Assembly (NCBI GenBank): GCA_038087875.1
Contig: CM075987.1
Span: 20,648,001 to 20,708,000 of the forward strand
DNA length: 60,000 nt
Origin: Malacoraja senta
Lineage: Eukaryota
Direction: 5' to 3'
In this document: piece after piece, positions 24,179-36,720 of the stretch
How positions within the stretch are numbered: the first letter of the stretch is position 1
Layout: each line of letters begins with the position of its first letter
The notes under the pieces: generated by a model
Told to the model about the DNA's origin: nothing
Databases searched by the model: none
What the model saw: the letters and a program-made list of their open reading frames with translations, nothing else
Translations under genes and position numbers: made by a program

Positions 24179-25974
24179 CACAAAATCCACAAACCCCCCG
24201 ATTTTACCTTCTCCCCAAAATCCACAAACCTGACTGTCCCGGTAGACCCATTGTCTCTGCCTGTTCGTGCCCCACCGAACTCATCTCCAACTACCTCGAC
24301 TCCATCCTATCCCCCTTGGTTAAATCCCTCCCTACCTATGTTCAAGACACCTCAGACACTCTCCGTCATCTACGGGCATTCTACTCTCTAGGCCCTCACC
24401 CCCTCATCTTCACCATGAACGTCCAGTCACTCTACACCTCCATCCCCCACCAGGATGGTCTCGAAGCCCTCCGTTTTTTCCTCGACCGAAGAAGCAACCT
24501 ATACCCGGCCACTGACACCCTCCTCCGCCTAGCGGAGCTGGTCCTTACCCTCAATAACTTCTCATTTGACTCCTCCCATTTCCTCCAAATACAAGGCGTA
24601 GCTATGGGCACACGCATGGGCCCCAGCTACGCCTGCCTCTTTGTCGGGTACGTAGAACAATCCTTGTTCAATGCGTACCAGGGCCCCATCCCCGACCTCT
24701 GCCTCCGCTACATCGATGACTGTTTTGGTGCCACATCCTGCACCCACACACAACTGACTGACTTCATCCGCTTCACCACCAACTTCCATCCGGCACTCAA
24801 ATACACCTGGACCATTTCCGACACTTCCCTACCCTTCCTTGACCTTACTATCTCCATCGCAGGTGATAGACTTCTTACCGACATCCACTACAAACCTACC
24901 GACTCCCATGGCTATCTGGACTACACTTCTTCCCACCCTGCTTCCTGTAAGGACTCCACCCCCACTCCTAATTCCTCCGTCTACGCCGCATCTGCTCCCA
25001 GGATGAAGCGTTCCACACCAGGGCATCCGAAATGTCCTCATTCTTCAGGGAACGGGGGTTCCCCTCCTCCACCATAGATGAGGCTCGCACCAGGGTCTCT
25101 GCCATACCCCGCAACACTGCTCTCTCTCCCCATCCCCCCACTCACAACAAGGGCAGAGTCCCCCTAGTCCTCACCTTTCACCCCACCAGCCGTCACATAC
25201 AACAAGTGATCCTCCGTCAGTTTCGCCTCGTGACCCCACCACTCGCCACATCTTCCCATCTCCCCCCATGTCTGCCTTCCGCAAAGACCGCTCCCTCCGT
25301 AACTCCCTTGTCAATTCTTCCCTTCCCTCCCGTACCACCCCCTCCCCGGGTACTTTCCCTTGCAACCGCAAGAGATGCAACACTTGTCCCTTCACCTCCC
25401 CCCTCGACTCCATTCAAGGACATAAGCAGTCGTTCCAGGTGCGACAGAGGTTCACCTGCATCTCCTCCAACCTCATCTATTGCATCCGCTGCTCTAGATG
25501 CCAGCTGATCTACATCGGTGAGACCAAGCGGAGGCTTGGCGATCGTTTCGCCGAACACCTCCGGTCGGTCCGCAATAACCAACCTGACCTCCCGGTGGCT
25601 CAGCACTTCAACTCCCCCTCCCATTCCGTATCTGACCTCTCTGTCCTGGGTCTCCTCCATGGCCACAGCGAGCAACACCGGAAATTAGAGGAAATGCACC
25701 TCATATTCCGCTTGGGCAGTCTACATCCTGGGGGCTTGAACATTGAATTCTCCCAATTCTGCGAGCCCTTGCTGTCCCCTCCCCTTCATCAGCCCTCTGG
25801 TTGTCTCCTCCCCTCCCCCAGCCCTCGGGCTCCTCCTCCGCCTTTTTTCCTTTTTTCCTTTCTTCTCCCCACCCCGTCTCAGTCTGAAGAAGGGTTTAGG
25901 CCCGAAACGTTGCCTATTTCCTTTGCTCCATAGATGCTGCTGCACCCGCTGAGTTTCTCCAGCATTTTTGTGTA
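24179..25974 (+). mobile_element. Penelope-like (Neptune-type) retrotransposon, 5'-truncated and frameshifted
   Basis: RT (GVAMGTRMGPSYA, RYIDD), Cys-rich linker (PCNRKRCNTC), GIY-YIG (NLIYCIRC...YIGET), pLTR; 12-bp TSD cccactgttttc at 24167-24178 and 25975-25986. Confidence 0.95.
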
Positions 25975-28290
25975 CCCACTGTTTTCAGCATTGGTTATTG
26001 TTCTGAGAGGGATGACCAAAACTGCTCCGGCACCTATTACCGCTGTGTCAGTCATCGCTCCTGCTATGAATTACTTCTCCTGATGTCACTGTCAGTAACT
26101 GTCCCATATAAATGTCAATATTTCTCAAAACTTAGGAGATGATTTAGTCCTTCAAGTCTATGCATTTTTTGGAACGACTCAATAGACTCATTCTCCCATT
26201 TATTTTCTTGTACCGTATGTCACATGCCCATCAATTCCATCTTGATTCTCCTTCCAACAGCAGGGGTAGTTTACAGTGGCCAATTAATCTACCATCCTAC
26301 ATCCGTTTATACCAATTACCCAGTAATCCCATTTTTATATTCCTATGCAAATCCTACCATTGTCTACATATTTGTTGCAATTAATGGCAGTTAATTAATT
26401 GTCTAACTGCATGTCTTTGGGAACTGGACTTCCATGAGGTCACAGCAAACTCCACACTGACATCACTGGAGATTAGGATTGAACCGCAGTCATGAAGCAG
26501 CAACACTACACATTGTACAACTGTGCCACCCACTAGGGAGTTACTGCTCCCAGGATGTGTTACTATCCCTGATGTCCACTACTTCTCCAGTCAAGTACAG
26601 CCAACTGCTCCAGCACTGTGCAATCAACGTGCTTCAGCATCACTCGCTTCGTTGCAAATCATTCCACCCTGGTCATCATTTGTAACAGCACAGAAAAAGC
26701 TACAATAGTCACATGGGCTACATTCATCGGTGGATCAGAGCTGCTTTAATCCCCCCTCAAGGTCCAATGCTCCTGAGCTGTCCTACATAAATGTTACTTC
26801 CCATATTTCTTGCAACTTGGGAGACTATTTGATCCTTCAAGTCAATGCTAGGTCCTGAGGGTAGGCGGCCCAGTCAGAGGGCTCTTCTCCTTCTGTGAAT
26901 TTGAGCTGATTTCTTAACTGCAGTCTTCGATGCAGTTTAATCACGGTTCAATGGGGCTTTTAGTGTCACATGTGTGAAGTGCAAATGCACAGTGAATTTA
27001 TTTTCTTACAAAGAGTCCAGTAGAATATTGCCCTACCAAAGCACATCCTCGATTAGCAAATAGTCTACTGACCCCACACGCAAGAGGCGCTTGGTTTGGT
27101 GCCATTTTCAAAGTCCAGTCCTGTTCTAGTGTTATGAGTGTTGCCCATTCCAGGCAAGCCCCAGGCTGTAGCGGGCCTCCAGCTGTTGCCTTCCCTTGGA
27201 CGTGTGGATCGACCAGCGAACCAACGTCCTCACGTCGCCCATCCACCTTTGTTCCCCATCTGCAAGCACGTTCACAGAGCCAATGTTTTCAAGAAGGGCA
27301 ATGGATTTCTCCCTGGTGTCAAGGTTGTCATCATTTCCCACACTGGCAGCTCTGGGATTCTCTCCCCATGTCACTCCATGTTGCTGCCTCCTTCTCCGTC
27401 TATAAGCACACTGCAATACTTGATTCTTTGACCACGGTTTGCATTGTTAGCACTAATATTCTGTTCTGTTGCTCAGTGCCTGATGCACTTCAGGTGGTTA
27501 ACAATGCTTTATATATGCAATGCTGGTGTTGATGGACATATAGAATGGATGGTAGTAGAGATATTCTAGCTTCATGGACTATTAGGTATGTACTGCGAGA
27601 TATCAGGGAGAGAATAAAGTTCCCCAATGCATATAACCGAACGGTGTTCCTGATGGATTTCAATGCCCTGATTTGGGGATTGATCGACTACTTGGGAAAT
27701 ATGCTGACAAAGGCCTTTCCAAACCCACAATATTCAAAGTATAATATCAAATAATCACCATTGCAGTTGCCAGCTTTGGTTAGATGTATTTTGGGGGCCA
27801 TCATCTCATAGCCTTTCAATGTCCAACCTGGTCAAACGCACTCCCCCCTCTCTAGCATTCTGTTTCACAAAAAAACAACAACATTTGATGGGGAAAAAAA
27901 ACAGATTATCTAAATTCCCTGTGCTTGTTCTCCCTCTATTCTGCACATATCAATGTCCAGAGGATTAGTTTACAATTCCAGCTGAATCCAAGCAGTCCTG
28001 CAAGATTGGGAACTCCACGGAATAAATCCAGATGATAGAAGGGGGGGGGGGGGGGGGGGGAGGGGGTGGTGGAATGAGTTTGCACTCCCCATCATTGCAG
28101 AGAAGCAGAAGCAAACACTATGAGCAAAACTTCGAACATAGGTTCCAAGCCCAGAACCTGTTGTCACCTTATAGAGCGACCACTGACCCATTTCCCTATG
28201 CGTTTTACCCTTCTCATGGCAAAAGCACAGATCTTCAGAACTATCTCTTGTGATTCAAGAAAAAGTAAATCTGGAAAAGGTAAATGGTCA

Positions 28291-28794
<504 letters not shown>

Positions 28795-28887
28795 TTAAAT
28801 ATTAAAAAAAAGGAAAATAAATCTTGGATGCGGGCAATTGTGGTTTGCTAGCTAGCCAGCCCTGCAGTTTGCAGACTCTTGCACCAG

Positions 28888-28977
28888 TTAAATTTAGACT
28901 GGAAGAATTCAAAACCTATTTACTGTGCAGCTCATCCTAGCCTGACAGCTGCACATGCTACAACTGACTGACATTTG
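28888..28977 (-). promoter_or_regulatory. Candidate myogenic cis-element cluster upstream of the PLPP7 ATG
   Basis: MEF2-consensus ttaaatttag at 28888-28897; E-boxes cagctg, cacatg, caactg, catttg within 28946-28977. Confidence 0.3.
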
Positions 28978-29143
28978 TCCAAGCCTATTAGCAATTCATT
29001 CCACCGTTAGCCGATCCAAGCCTATAACAGCAAGGGATGGTTCCTCAGCTCAGAATTGCTATTCCATTTGCAGTACTAGCAATGCACCATGGGTTATGTA
29101 GTTCCTCAGTCCCACAGGAGCACCAACAATAGAATTTAAAGCA

Positions 29144-29355
29144 TGCAGGAAGGAAGTGCAGATGCTGGTTAAAACCGTCGAGACAAAAAGCTGCAGTATC
29201 TCACCAGGTCACACAGCATCTCTGGAGAAAAGGAATAGGCGATGTTTCAGACCAGAAGAGCCTGAAGGAAGGTCTCGACCCGAAACGTCACCTATTCCTT
29301 TTCTCCAGAGATGCTGTGTGACTCGCTGAGTTACTCCAGCTTTTTGTGCCTATCT
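29144..29355. mobile_element. Fold-back Penelope pLTR palindrome
   Basis: Inverted halves; TSD atagaatt(t/a)aaagca at 29129-29143 and 29356-29370. Confidence 0.85.
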
Positions 29356-30025
29356 ATAGAATTAAAAGCACTCTTTGCTGAAAAGTTGGAGTCACTATTC
29401 TTGCACAATTTTCCACACGGTTTGTTTGACCTGGGGAGTAAAATGACAGAGGCATAAAATTAAATAAAGATAATGCAAGATCATCATAAGCTGTTTCGAG
29501 TCGCCACCCTTCTGGACTCTTCAGGAACTAAAAGGCATTTTAGCTCAGTGGGTCTACCCCACTCTGGCATTTTCCCACCTTTTTGACGTGCTCTTATATT
29601 TCTGGGATGCAAGCAAGATACGGTCCACCGCTGCCCTGGATCGATCACTTGTCATCATATGTCCAGCAAGCCATGGGGGCTTTCCACCTCCGAGCAGCAT
29701 TTTGAATCATTTGAGTTTTTACAAATATGTTATACTCTTCAGGGTTATTTGTCAACGCTTACCCACAAATCAGTACATTCGTTAAATCTGTCACGGTGCC
29801 TCAAGACATTAGCACAAGGTTTTGCTTTGTTTTGTGTCCAGCTGGGAGCCGAAGATCTTTTGGAATCGTTCATGGAAGAGCTACAGATTTTCTCTATGTT
29901 CTGGATCAACATCCCTCTCTCAACACCACCACCAAAAAACAATTAACAGTCGTTTACCTCATTTGTCATTGGACGAGTGCAATGAATTGCCACATTCAAC
30001 AACTGCATCCCTAAAGTACTTTATT

Positions 30026-30741
30026 TTTTTATTTTTTTTTAAATTATTTTTATTAGAAGTACGGTAAATTACAATAATACACAACACTTATATCTTAATA
30101 CATTTTTTATACCGCTTCATTTTTTTGAGCTTTAAGAGAAAGATAGAAGTAAGAAAAGTAAAGAAAGTGCGCAAGAGTCGTGAAGTGCAAGAGAGTGTTG
30201 GGAAAAGAAAGCCCCTTAGAAAAGAAGTTAGAGAAGGAAGTAAAGTAAGAAAGTAGACCCTAGAAAAGAAAGAAAAAGAAAGTAGGAACAATCGCAGAAA
30301 GGGGACCACCAACCAAGTCTGTTTTTATTGTTTTACCTCCCATTACCAGGTCCTGATACCATTTCTTTATTTATTTATTTTTTAAATTACTATTGCACCT
30401 CATGCTTGTAATAGGTCCAGAAACGTAGACCACGTCTTTTGGAATTGGTCTGCTTTTCCTACTAAGAGGAATCTCATCTCTTCCAGATGTAATGTTTCAA
30501 ACATATTTGATGTCCACATTTTTATTGTTGGTGTGGGCACATTTTTCCAGAATTTAAGTATGAGCTTTTTTCCCATTATTAGCCCGTAATTGAATAAGTT
30601 CTTCTGATACACGTTTAATTCAGGGATACCTTCCGATATTCCAAAAATGATCCATTCTGGTTTTGGTACCAGTTTTATTTTAATTAATTTTGAAAAAATA
30701 TTAAATATTTCATACCAGAAATTTTGGATTTTTGTACAAAA
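30026..30741 (-). mobile_element. L1-type LINE 3' fragment flanked by an 81-bp duplication
   Basis: FCTKIQNFW...KKLILKFWKNVPTPTIKMW ORF2 C-terminus, UTR and A-rich tail; duplicate at 29945-30025 and 30742-30822. Confidence 0.9.
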
Positions 30742-31615
30742 AACAGTCGTTTACCTCATTTGTCATTGGACGAGTACAATGAATTGCCACATTCAACAAC
30801 TGCATCCCTAAAGTACTTTATTGTGGGATCTCCTCAGAAGAGGCCAGCACGGCACCAAACTACAACATAAAACTTCCTCGTAAAAACTTCTACTCTTAAT
30901 CAGGAATCTTCTTGCAAGAAGGTTGAGATTACTTCCCCCCGTGTAAAACTGCAGATGCTGGAGGCTGAGCAAACGTTCCAAATTGAGAGAAATACTTGAT
31001 GAGTTTGGGTATTTAGAGATATGAAACCAAGGTGGGTAAATCGAGTTGAGGTATAGGTATTGAATGGTGGAACGAACTTAAGGGGCTCGTTGGCCTGCTC
31101 TTATTCCAAGTAAAATAGACATCTCAATTCTCTGCACACTCAAAATGAACATCAGAATCCCTTTAACCTTCTAATTTAATTATGGGAAATGCCAACACAT
31201 AAGATGGAACTTCAACTATGTGCTCCTCCAGCTTATACATTTCAGGAAATTGAATGGATAGAATCTTTCCAGCTGGTACATGCAGAGGTGGACTTGAAGC
31301 CTGTAAATTCTGAATCTGGGTGGTCGCCACTGAATCAGGTCAATATGCCTAGTGTGAAGTTCACACCTCAGTTTTACATTGGTGTTCATTAGTTAAGAAT
31401 GTCCCGTGAATCACGTTGATTTAAAATTAATATCCCTCATGGTAGGGTAGATGTGCTGCTGCATTTTACTTTAATTATTGATGCCTTTTTTTGAAATAAG
31501 ACAAAAACAAATCCTGAGATATTCCCAGCTGATTGATGAGGTGTTTGGCACATCTTTGGCAGAATGTTACAAAGGTACAAAATAGAAACAGGAATCAGCC
31601 ATGTTATTCCTCAAA

Positions 31616-31839
31616 GGTAGACAAAAATGCTGGAGAAACTCAGCGGGTGAGGCAGCATCTATGGAGCGAAGGAAATAGGCAACGTTTCAGGCCGAAACCC
31701 TACTTCAGTCTGAAGAAGAGTTTTGGCCCAAAACGTTGCCTATTTCCTTCGCTCCATAGATGCTGCCTAACCCGCTGAGTTTCTCCAGCACTTTTGTCTA
31801 CCTTCGATTTTCCAACATCTGCAGTTTCTTCGTAAACTA
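31616..31839. mobile_element. Fold-back Penelope pLTR palindrome
   Basis: Centre cttcagtctgaag; TSD gttattcctcaaa at 31603-31615 and 31840-31852. Confidence 0.9.
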
Positions 31840-31920
31840 GTTATTCCTCAAACTTGCTTTGCTATTTAATAAAGTCAAGGCTGCCCTAGTAATTTACCTT
31901 CACGTTCCAATCTTATCTCT

Positions 31921-32035
31921 GTGTCTCCTGGCTCTCAGTGTCCAAACATCCATCAGTCTCAGTGTCTCCTGGCTCTCAGTGTCCAAACATCCCAGTGTCT
32001 CCTGGCTCTCAGTGTCCAAACATCCATCAGTCTCA
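31921..32035. repeat. Tandem triplication with 41/33/41-bp units
   Basis: gtgtctcctggctctcagtgtccaaacatcc(atcagtct)ca x3. Confidence 0.9.
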
Positions 32036-32573
32036 GCCTTGAGAAGTCTATAAGGGGGAGCATGCACACTTTTCTGGGGTATGAACTTCCAAAAGTCCGC
32101 AACTGACTGAGAGAAGATTATTTTCTTCACTCATTTCTGCATGGGTGACCATTCATATCCAAAAACAGTATCTGAGTATTCAGTCTGAAGAAGGGTTCCA
32201 AACTAAAATGGCACCTGCCCTTCCCACCAAATGCTGCCGAACCCACTGAGTTCCTCCAACACTTTGTGTTTTGCTCAAAACAGGTTTATGATTGATTTAT
32301 CATCTTATCTGCCGCATTGACATCATAAGGTAGACAATTGATTTACTATTCATGGATAAGTACAGGGATTTTGGATTACACTGTAATATTTCTGTTTCAT
32401 TTCTTCAGGCAGATGATCCACAATGCCAGCTGGCAGCAAATCAGAAATCTAACCCCACCTCATGAGGACACTTTTGCTGACATCTGGAATTAGGGATCTC
32501 TCTACAGGCTCCAACCCAGAATCCTGAGCACAGAATTCAGACAAACTTGCCCAGTGCAGCACAGTCTGAAATG

Positions 32574-34392
32574 TGTAGGAAGGAACTGCAGATAGACACA
32601 AAATGCTGGAGCAACTCAGCGGGACAGGCTGCATCTCTGGAGTGAAGGAATGGGTGACGTTTCGGGTCGAGACCCTTCTTCAGACTGATGTCAGGGGAGT
32701 GGGCGGGACAGAGATAAAATGTAGACGGAGACAGTAAATCTGGTGGGAGAACTTGGAAGAGGGAAGGGATGGAGAGAGAGGGAAAGCAAGGACTATTTGA
32801 AGTTAGAGAAGTCAATGTTCATACCGCTGAGGTGTAAGCTACCCAAGCGAAGTATGAGGTGCTGTTCCTCCAATTTGCACTGGGCCTCACTCTGATAACG
32901 GAGGAAGCCCAGGACAGAAAGGTCAGATTGGGAATGGGAGGGGGAGTTAAAGTGCTGAGCAACCGGGAAATCAGGTAGGTTAAGGCGGACTGAGTGTAGG
33001 TGTTTAGCAAAACGATCGCCGAGCCTGTCCTGTCCCACTAAGGCGACTTTTTAGGAGACTTTGCAGTCGCCACTGCAGGAGACTTTGCAGTCGCCACATG
33101 TTCGTGGGTGGTTGCCGGGGAGTCGCCTTCATTGTCGTGAGGAGTTCCCACATTTTGGGAACTAGTGGCGGCCTCATTATGGTCGCCGAGAAATTTTCAA
33201 CATGACTAAAATGAAGTCGCCATGGAGATTAGCGAGAATCCTCGAGCCGTAGATGGGTCGCAAGGAGGTCTTAGTGGGTTGCCAGGAGGTCGAAGGTTCT
33301 CGGAGGTTCTCGTAGGTTGGAGCCGGTGCTAATCGGTGAATTTCATTGGCTCATTGGGGGAGAAAAAAGGTAAGCAGTAGTTTTCAGAACCAAGGAACCG
33401 ACCGGTAATGCTAAATGTCCGCCGAACTTCACAGCCGATGTTTCTCTGGGTTCTTAAACGTTGTCTCTACAGTTTCTCCCCCCTCTCCCCATCTTTTTTA
33501 AAGGACTTACCGTACACTGTGCTTTAGCTGTCATAATTACAGCGCCAACCTTCCTGTTCATCGCGGTGTGTGTCTGTATCACCTTGGCTTTGCACCGTGG
33601 GAATTTTTTAGACATCACTCCCCCGCTTTCCCTGGCCCCCGCCTTTGCGATGTGTTTGTGTGTGTGTGTGTTCCACTCTGACAGTCGCCGTTCCAGTTCC
33701 CGTTTTTTTCAGGCGACTGCTGGCAACTTGACATTCACCGGCAGTCCGCTGAAAAATCGCCTAAGTGGGACAGGCCCATTAGTCTCGCCGATATACAGGA
33801 GTTGACACCTGGAACAGCGGATACAGTAGATGAGGTTGGAGGAGGAGCAAGTGAACCTCTGCCTCACCTGAAAAGACTGTCGGGGTCCTTGGATGGAGTC
33901 GAGGGGGGAGGTAAAGGGACAGGTTTTGCATCTCCTGCAGTTGCAGGGGAAAGCACCTGGGGAGGGAATGGTTCGGGTGGGAAGGGACGATTTGACCAGG
34001 GAGTTGGGGAGGGAATGGAGAAAGCAGAAAGGGGGTGGAGATGGGAAGATGGGATGATGCCGTTGGAGGTGGCGAAAATGTTGGAGAATTATTTGCTGTA
34101 CGCGACGGCTGATGGGGTGGAAGGTGAGGACAAGGGGGACTCTGTGCTTGTTACAAATAGGGGGATGGGGAGCAAGACCGGAGATGCGGGATATTGAGGA
34201 GACCCTAGAGAGAGCTTCATCTATAATAGAAGGGGAACTCCCGTTCCCTAAAGAATGAGGACATCTCCGGTGACCTGGTATGGAAAACATCATCCTGGGC
34301 GCAGATGCGGCGTGGACGGAGGAATTGGGAGTAGGGGATAGAGTTTTTACAAGAAGCAGGGTGTGAAGAAGTGGAGTCTAGATAGCTATGGG
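32574..34392 (-). mobile_element. Penelope-like element interrupted by a MITE
   Basis: GIY-YIG NLIYCIRCSRCQLLYIGET is split at 33029-33778; pLTR at the left end. Confidence 0.9.
33029..33778. mobile_element. PIF/Harbinger-like non-autonomous element
   Basis: cctgtcccactaaggcga...tcgcctaagtgggacaggccca termini; followed by tta. Confidence 0.8.
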
Positions 34393-34402
34393 AGTCAGTG
34401 GC

Positions 34403-34757
34403 TTTGTGTCCTGGCCCTTTCTGTCCTGGGCCTCGTCCATTGTCAGAGTGAGGTCCAGCGCAAATTGGGGGAACAGCACCTTATATTTCGCTTGGGCAGC
34501 TTACGCCCCAGCGGTAAGAACATTGACTTCTCTAACTTCAAATAGCCCTTGCTTTCCCTCTCTTTCCATCCCCTTCCCAGTTCTCCCACCAGTCTTACTG
34601 TCTCCGACTATATTCTATCTCTGTCCCGCCCACTCCCCTGACATCAGTATGAAGAAGGGTCTCGACCCGAAACATCACCCATCCCTTCTCTCCAGAGATG
34701 CTACCTCTGAGTTACTCCAGCGTTTTGTGTCTACCTTCGATTTAAACCAGCATCTGT
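34403..34757 (+). mobile_element. Inverted Penelope 3' segment/pLTR joined to the 5' end of the minus-strand copy
   Basis: LSVLGLVHCQSEVQRKLGEQHLIFRLGSL plus pLTR in the opposite orientation. Confidence 0.85.
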
Positions 34758-34759
34758 GC

Positions 34760-35677
34760 TACACTAATAGTGCTACACGGGTGGGTTTAAACTGAAAAGG
34801 GGGGGGGGGGGGTGGAGTCAACAACGTGGACGCGTATCCGTGCAGCTAACGGGAATGAGTGTGTAGGAAAGGTCACGTTTAAACTAACAGGGCAGAGGAT
34901 GGGACCCAATGCTAGGAGACAGAGGGACATAAAAGGAGGACAGAAGCAAAAGGTAGAAGGGAGATAAGAAAAACAAACCTGAAAGCTTTGTGCCTTAATG
35001 CGAGGAGCATTCGTAATAAGGTGGATGAATTGAATGCACAGTTAGTAGTTAAGGAATATGATATAGTTGGAATGACGGAGACATGGCTGCAGGGTGACCA
35101 AGGGTGGGAGCTAAACATGCAGCGGTTTTCGATATTCAGGAAGGATAGACAGATAGGAAGAGGATGTAGGGAGGGTGGCATTGCTGGTTAAAGAGGAGAT
35201 TAAAGGGCCTATCCCACTTGGCGATTTTTTCGGCGACTCCCGGCGTCATTGACTGATGTATCAGGGTTGCCAAAAGATTTTGAACATTTCAAAATCCAGC
35301 GGTGACAAAAAAATGTTGCGACACTTGAGGAAACACCGCGCGTCAATACGTCATCACGCCGCATTTCAGTGACCTGATACGTCACTCTATAAGAATAAGG
35401 GGTCGGCCATTTATGACTGAGATGAGGAAAAACGTTTTCACCCAGAGAGTTGTGAAACTGTGGAATTCTCTGCCACAGAAGGCAGTGGAGGCCAATTCAT
35501 TGGATGTTTTCAAGAGAGAGTTAGATTTAGCTATTAAGGTTAAGGGAACCAAGGGATATGGGGAAAAAGCCAGAACGGGGTACAGATTTTGGACGATCAG
35601 CCATGATCATATTGAATAGCGATGCTGGCTCAAAGGGCTGAATGGCCTATTCCTGCACCTATTTTCTATGTTTCTAT
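34760..35677 (+). mobile_element. CR1 with large internal deletion and a half MITE (35204-35384)
   Basis: ORF2 EN start (CLNARSIRNKVDEL...TETWL), then taa plus agggcctatcccact MITE end, then CR1 3' end and tttctatg tail. Confidence 0.85.
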
Positions 35678-35694
35678 GCAGTTCTTTCCTACAC

Positions 35695-35902
35695 AAGGAA
35701 CTGCAGATGCTGGTTTAAACCGGAGATAGACACAACAATTTGGAGTAACTCAGGGACAGGCAGCATCTACGGAGAGAAGTAATGGGTGATGTTTCGTGTT
35801 TGGGTCTGAAGAAGGGTCTCGACATGAAAAGTCACCCATTCCTTCTCTCCAGAGATGCTGCCTGTCCCGCTGAGTTACTCCAGCTGTTTGCGTCTATCTT
35901 CA
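35695..35902. mobile_element. Fold-back Penelope pLTR palindrome
   Basis: Inverted pLTR halves. Confidence 0.8.
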
Positions 35903-36039
35903 CACTGTCTGAAATGCTGTCTTTCTGATAAGACGAAGTTATTTCAGGTGGATGGATATAAAAGATTTATCCATGCTATTTCGATCGGAGCAGGATAATG
36001 CCCCCCCCAGTCCCCTCTAAAAAAATGCAAAATCAAAAC

Positions 36040-36517
36040 ATCAGTCATAGAGTGATACAGTGTGGGAACAGGCCCTTCGGCCCAACTCGCCCACACCGGC
36101 CAACAAAGTCCCAGCTACACTAGTCCCATTTGCCTGCACTTGGTCCATATCCCTCCAAACCTATCCTATCCATGTACCTGTCTAATTGTTTCTTAAACAG
36201 TGGGATAGTTCCAGCCTCAACTACCTCCTCTGGCAGCCTGTTCAATACACCCACCACCCTTTGTATGAAAACGTTACCGCTCAGATTCCTATTAAATCTT
36301 TTCCCCTTCACCTTGAACCTATGTCCTCTGGTCCACGATTCCCCCTACTCTGGGCAAAAGACTCTGTGCATCAACCTGATCTATTCCTCTCATGATTTTG
36401 TATATCTCTATAAGATCACCCCTCATCCTCCTGCGCTCCATGCAATAGAGACCCAGCCTACTCAACCTCTCCCTATATCTCACACCCTCTAGTCCTGGCA
36501 TCATTCTCGTAAATCTT
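36040..36517 (-). mobile_element. CR1 3' fragment
   Basis: ORFs 36120-36311 and 36319-36504 encode the CR1 ORF2 C-terminus. Confidence 0.9.
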
Positions 36518-36720
36518 CAAGAAGGAACTGCAGATGCTGGAAAATCGAAGGTAGACAAAAATGCTGGAGAAACTCAGCGGGTGCGGCAGCATCTATGGAG
36601 CGAAGGAAATAGGCAACTTTTCGGGCTGAAGAAGGGTTTCGGCCCAAAACGTTGCCTATTTCCTTCGCTCCATAGATGCTGCTGCACCCGTTGAGTTTCT
36701 CCAGCATTTTTGTCTACCTC
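36518..36720. mobile_element. Fold-back Penelope pLTR palindrome
   Basis: TSD ctcgtaaatctt at 36506-36517 and 36721-36732. Confidence 0.9.

Noticed and set aside
31921..32035. CRISPR-like repeat array
   Set aside because: Contiguous tandem units with no unique spacers, in eukaryotic DNA
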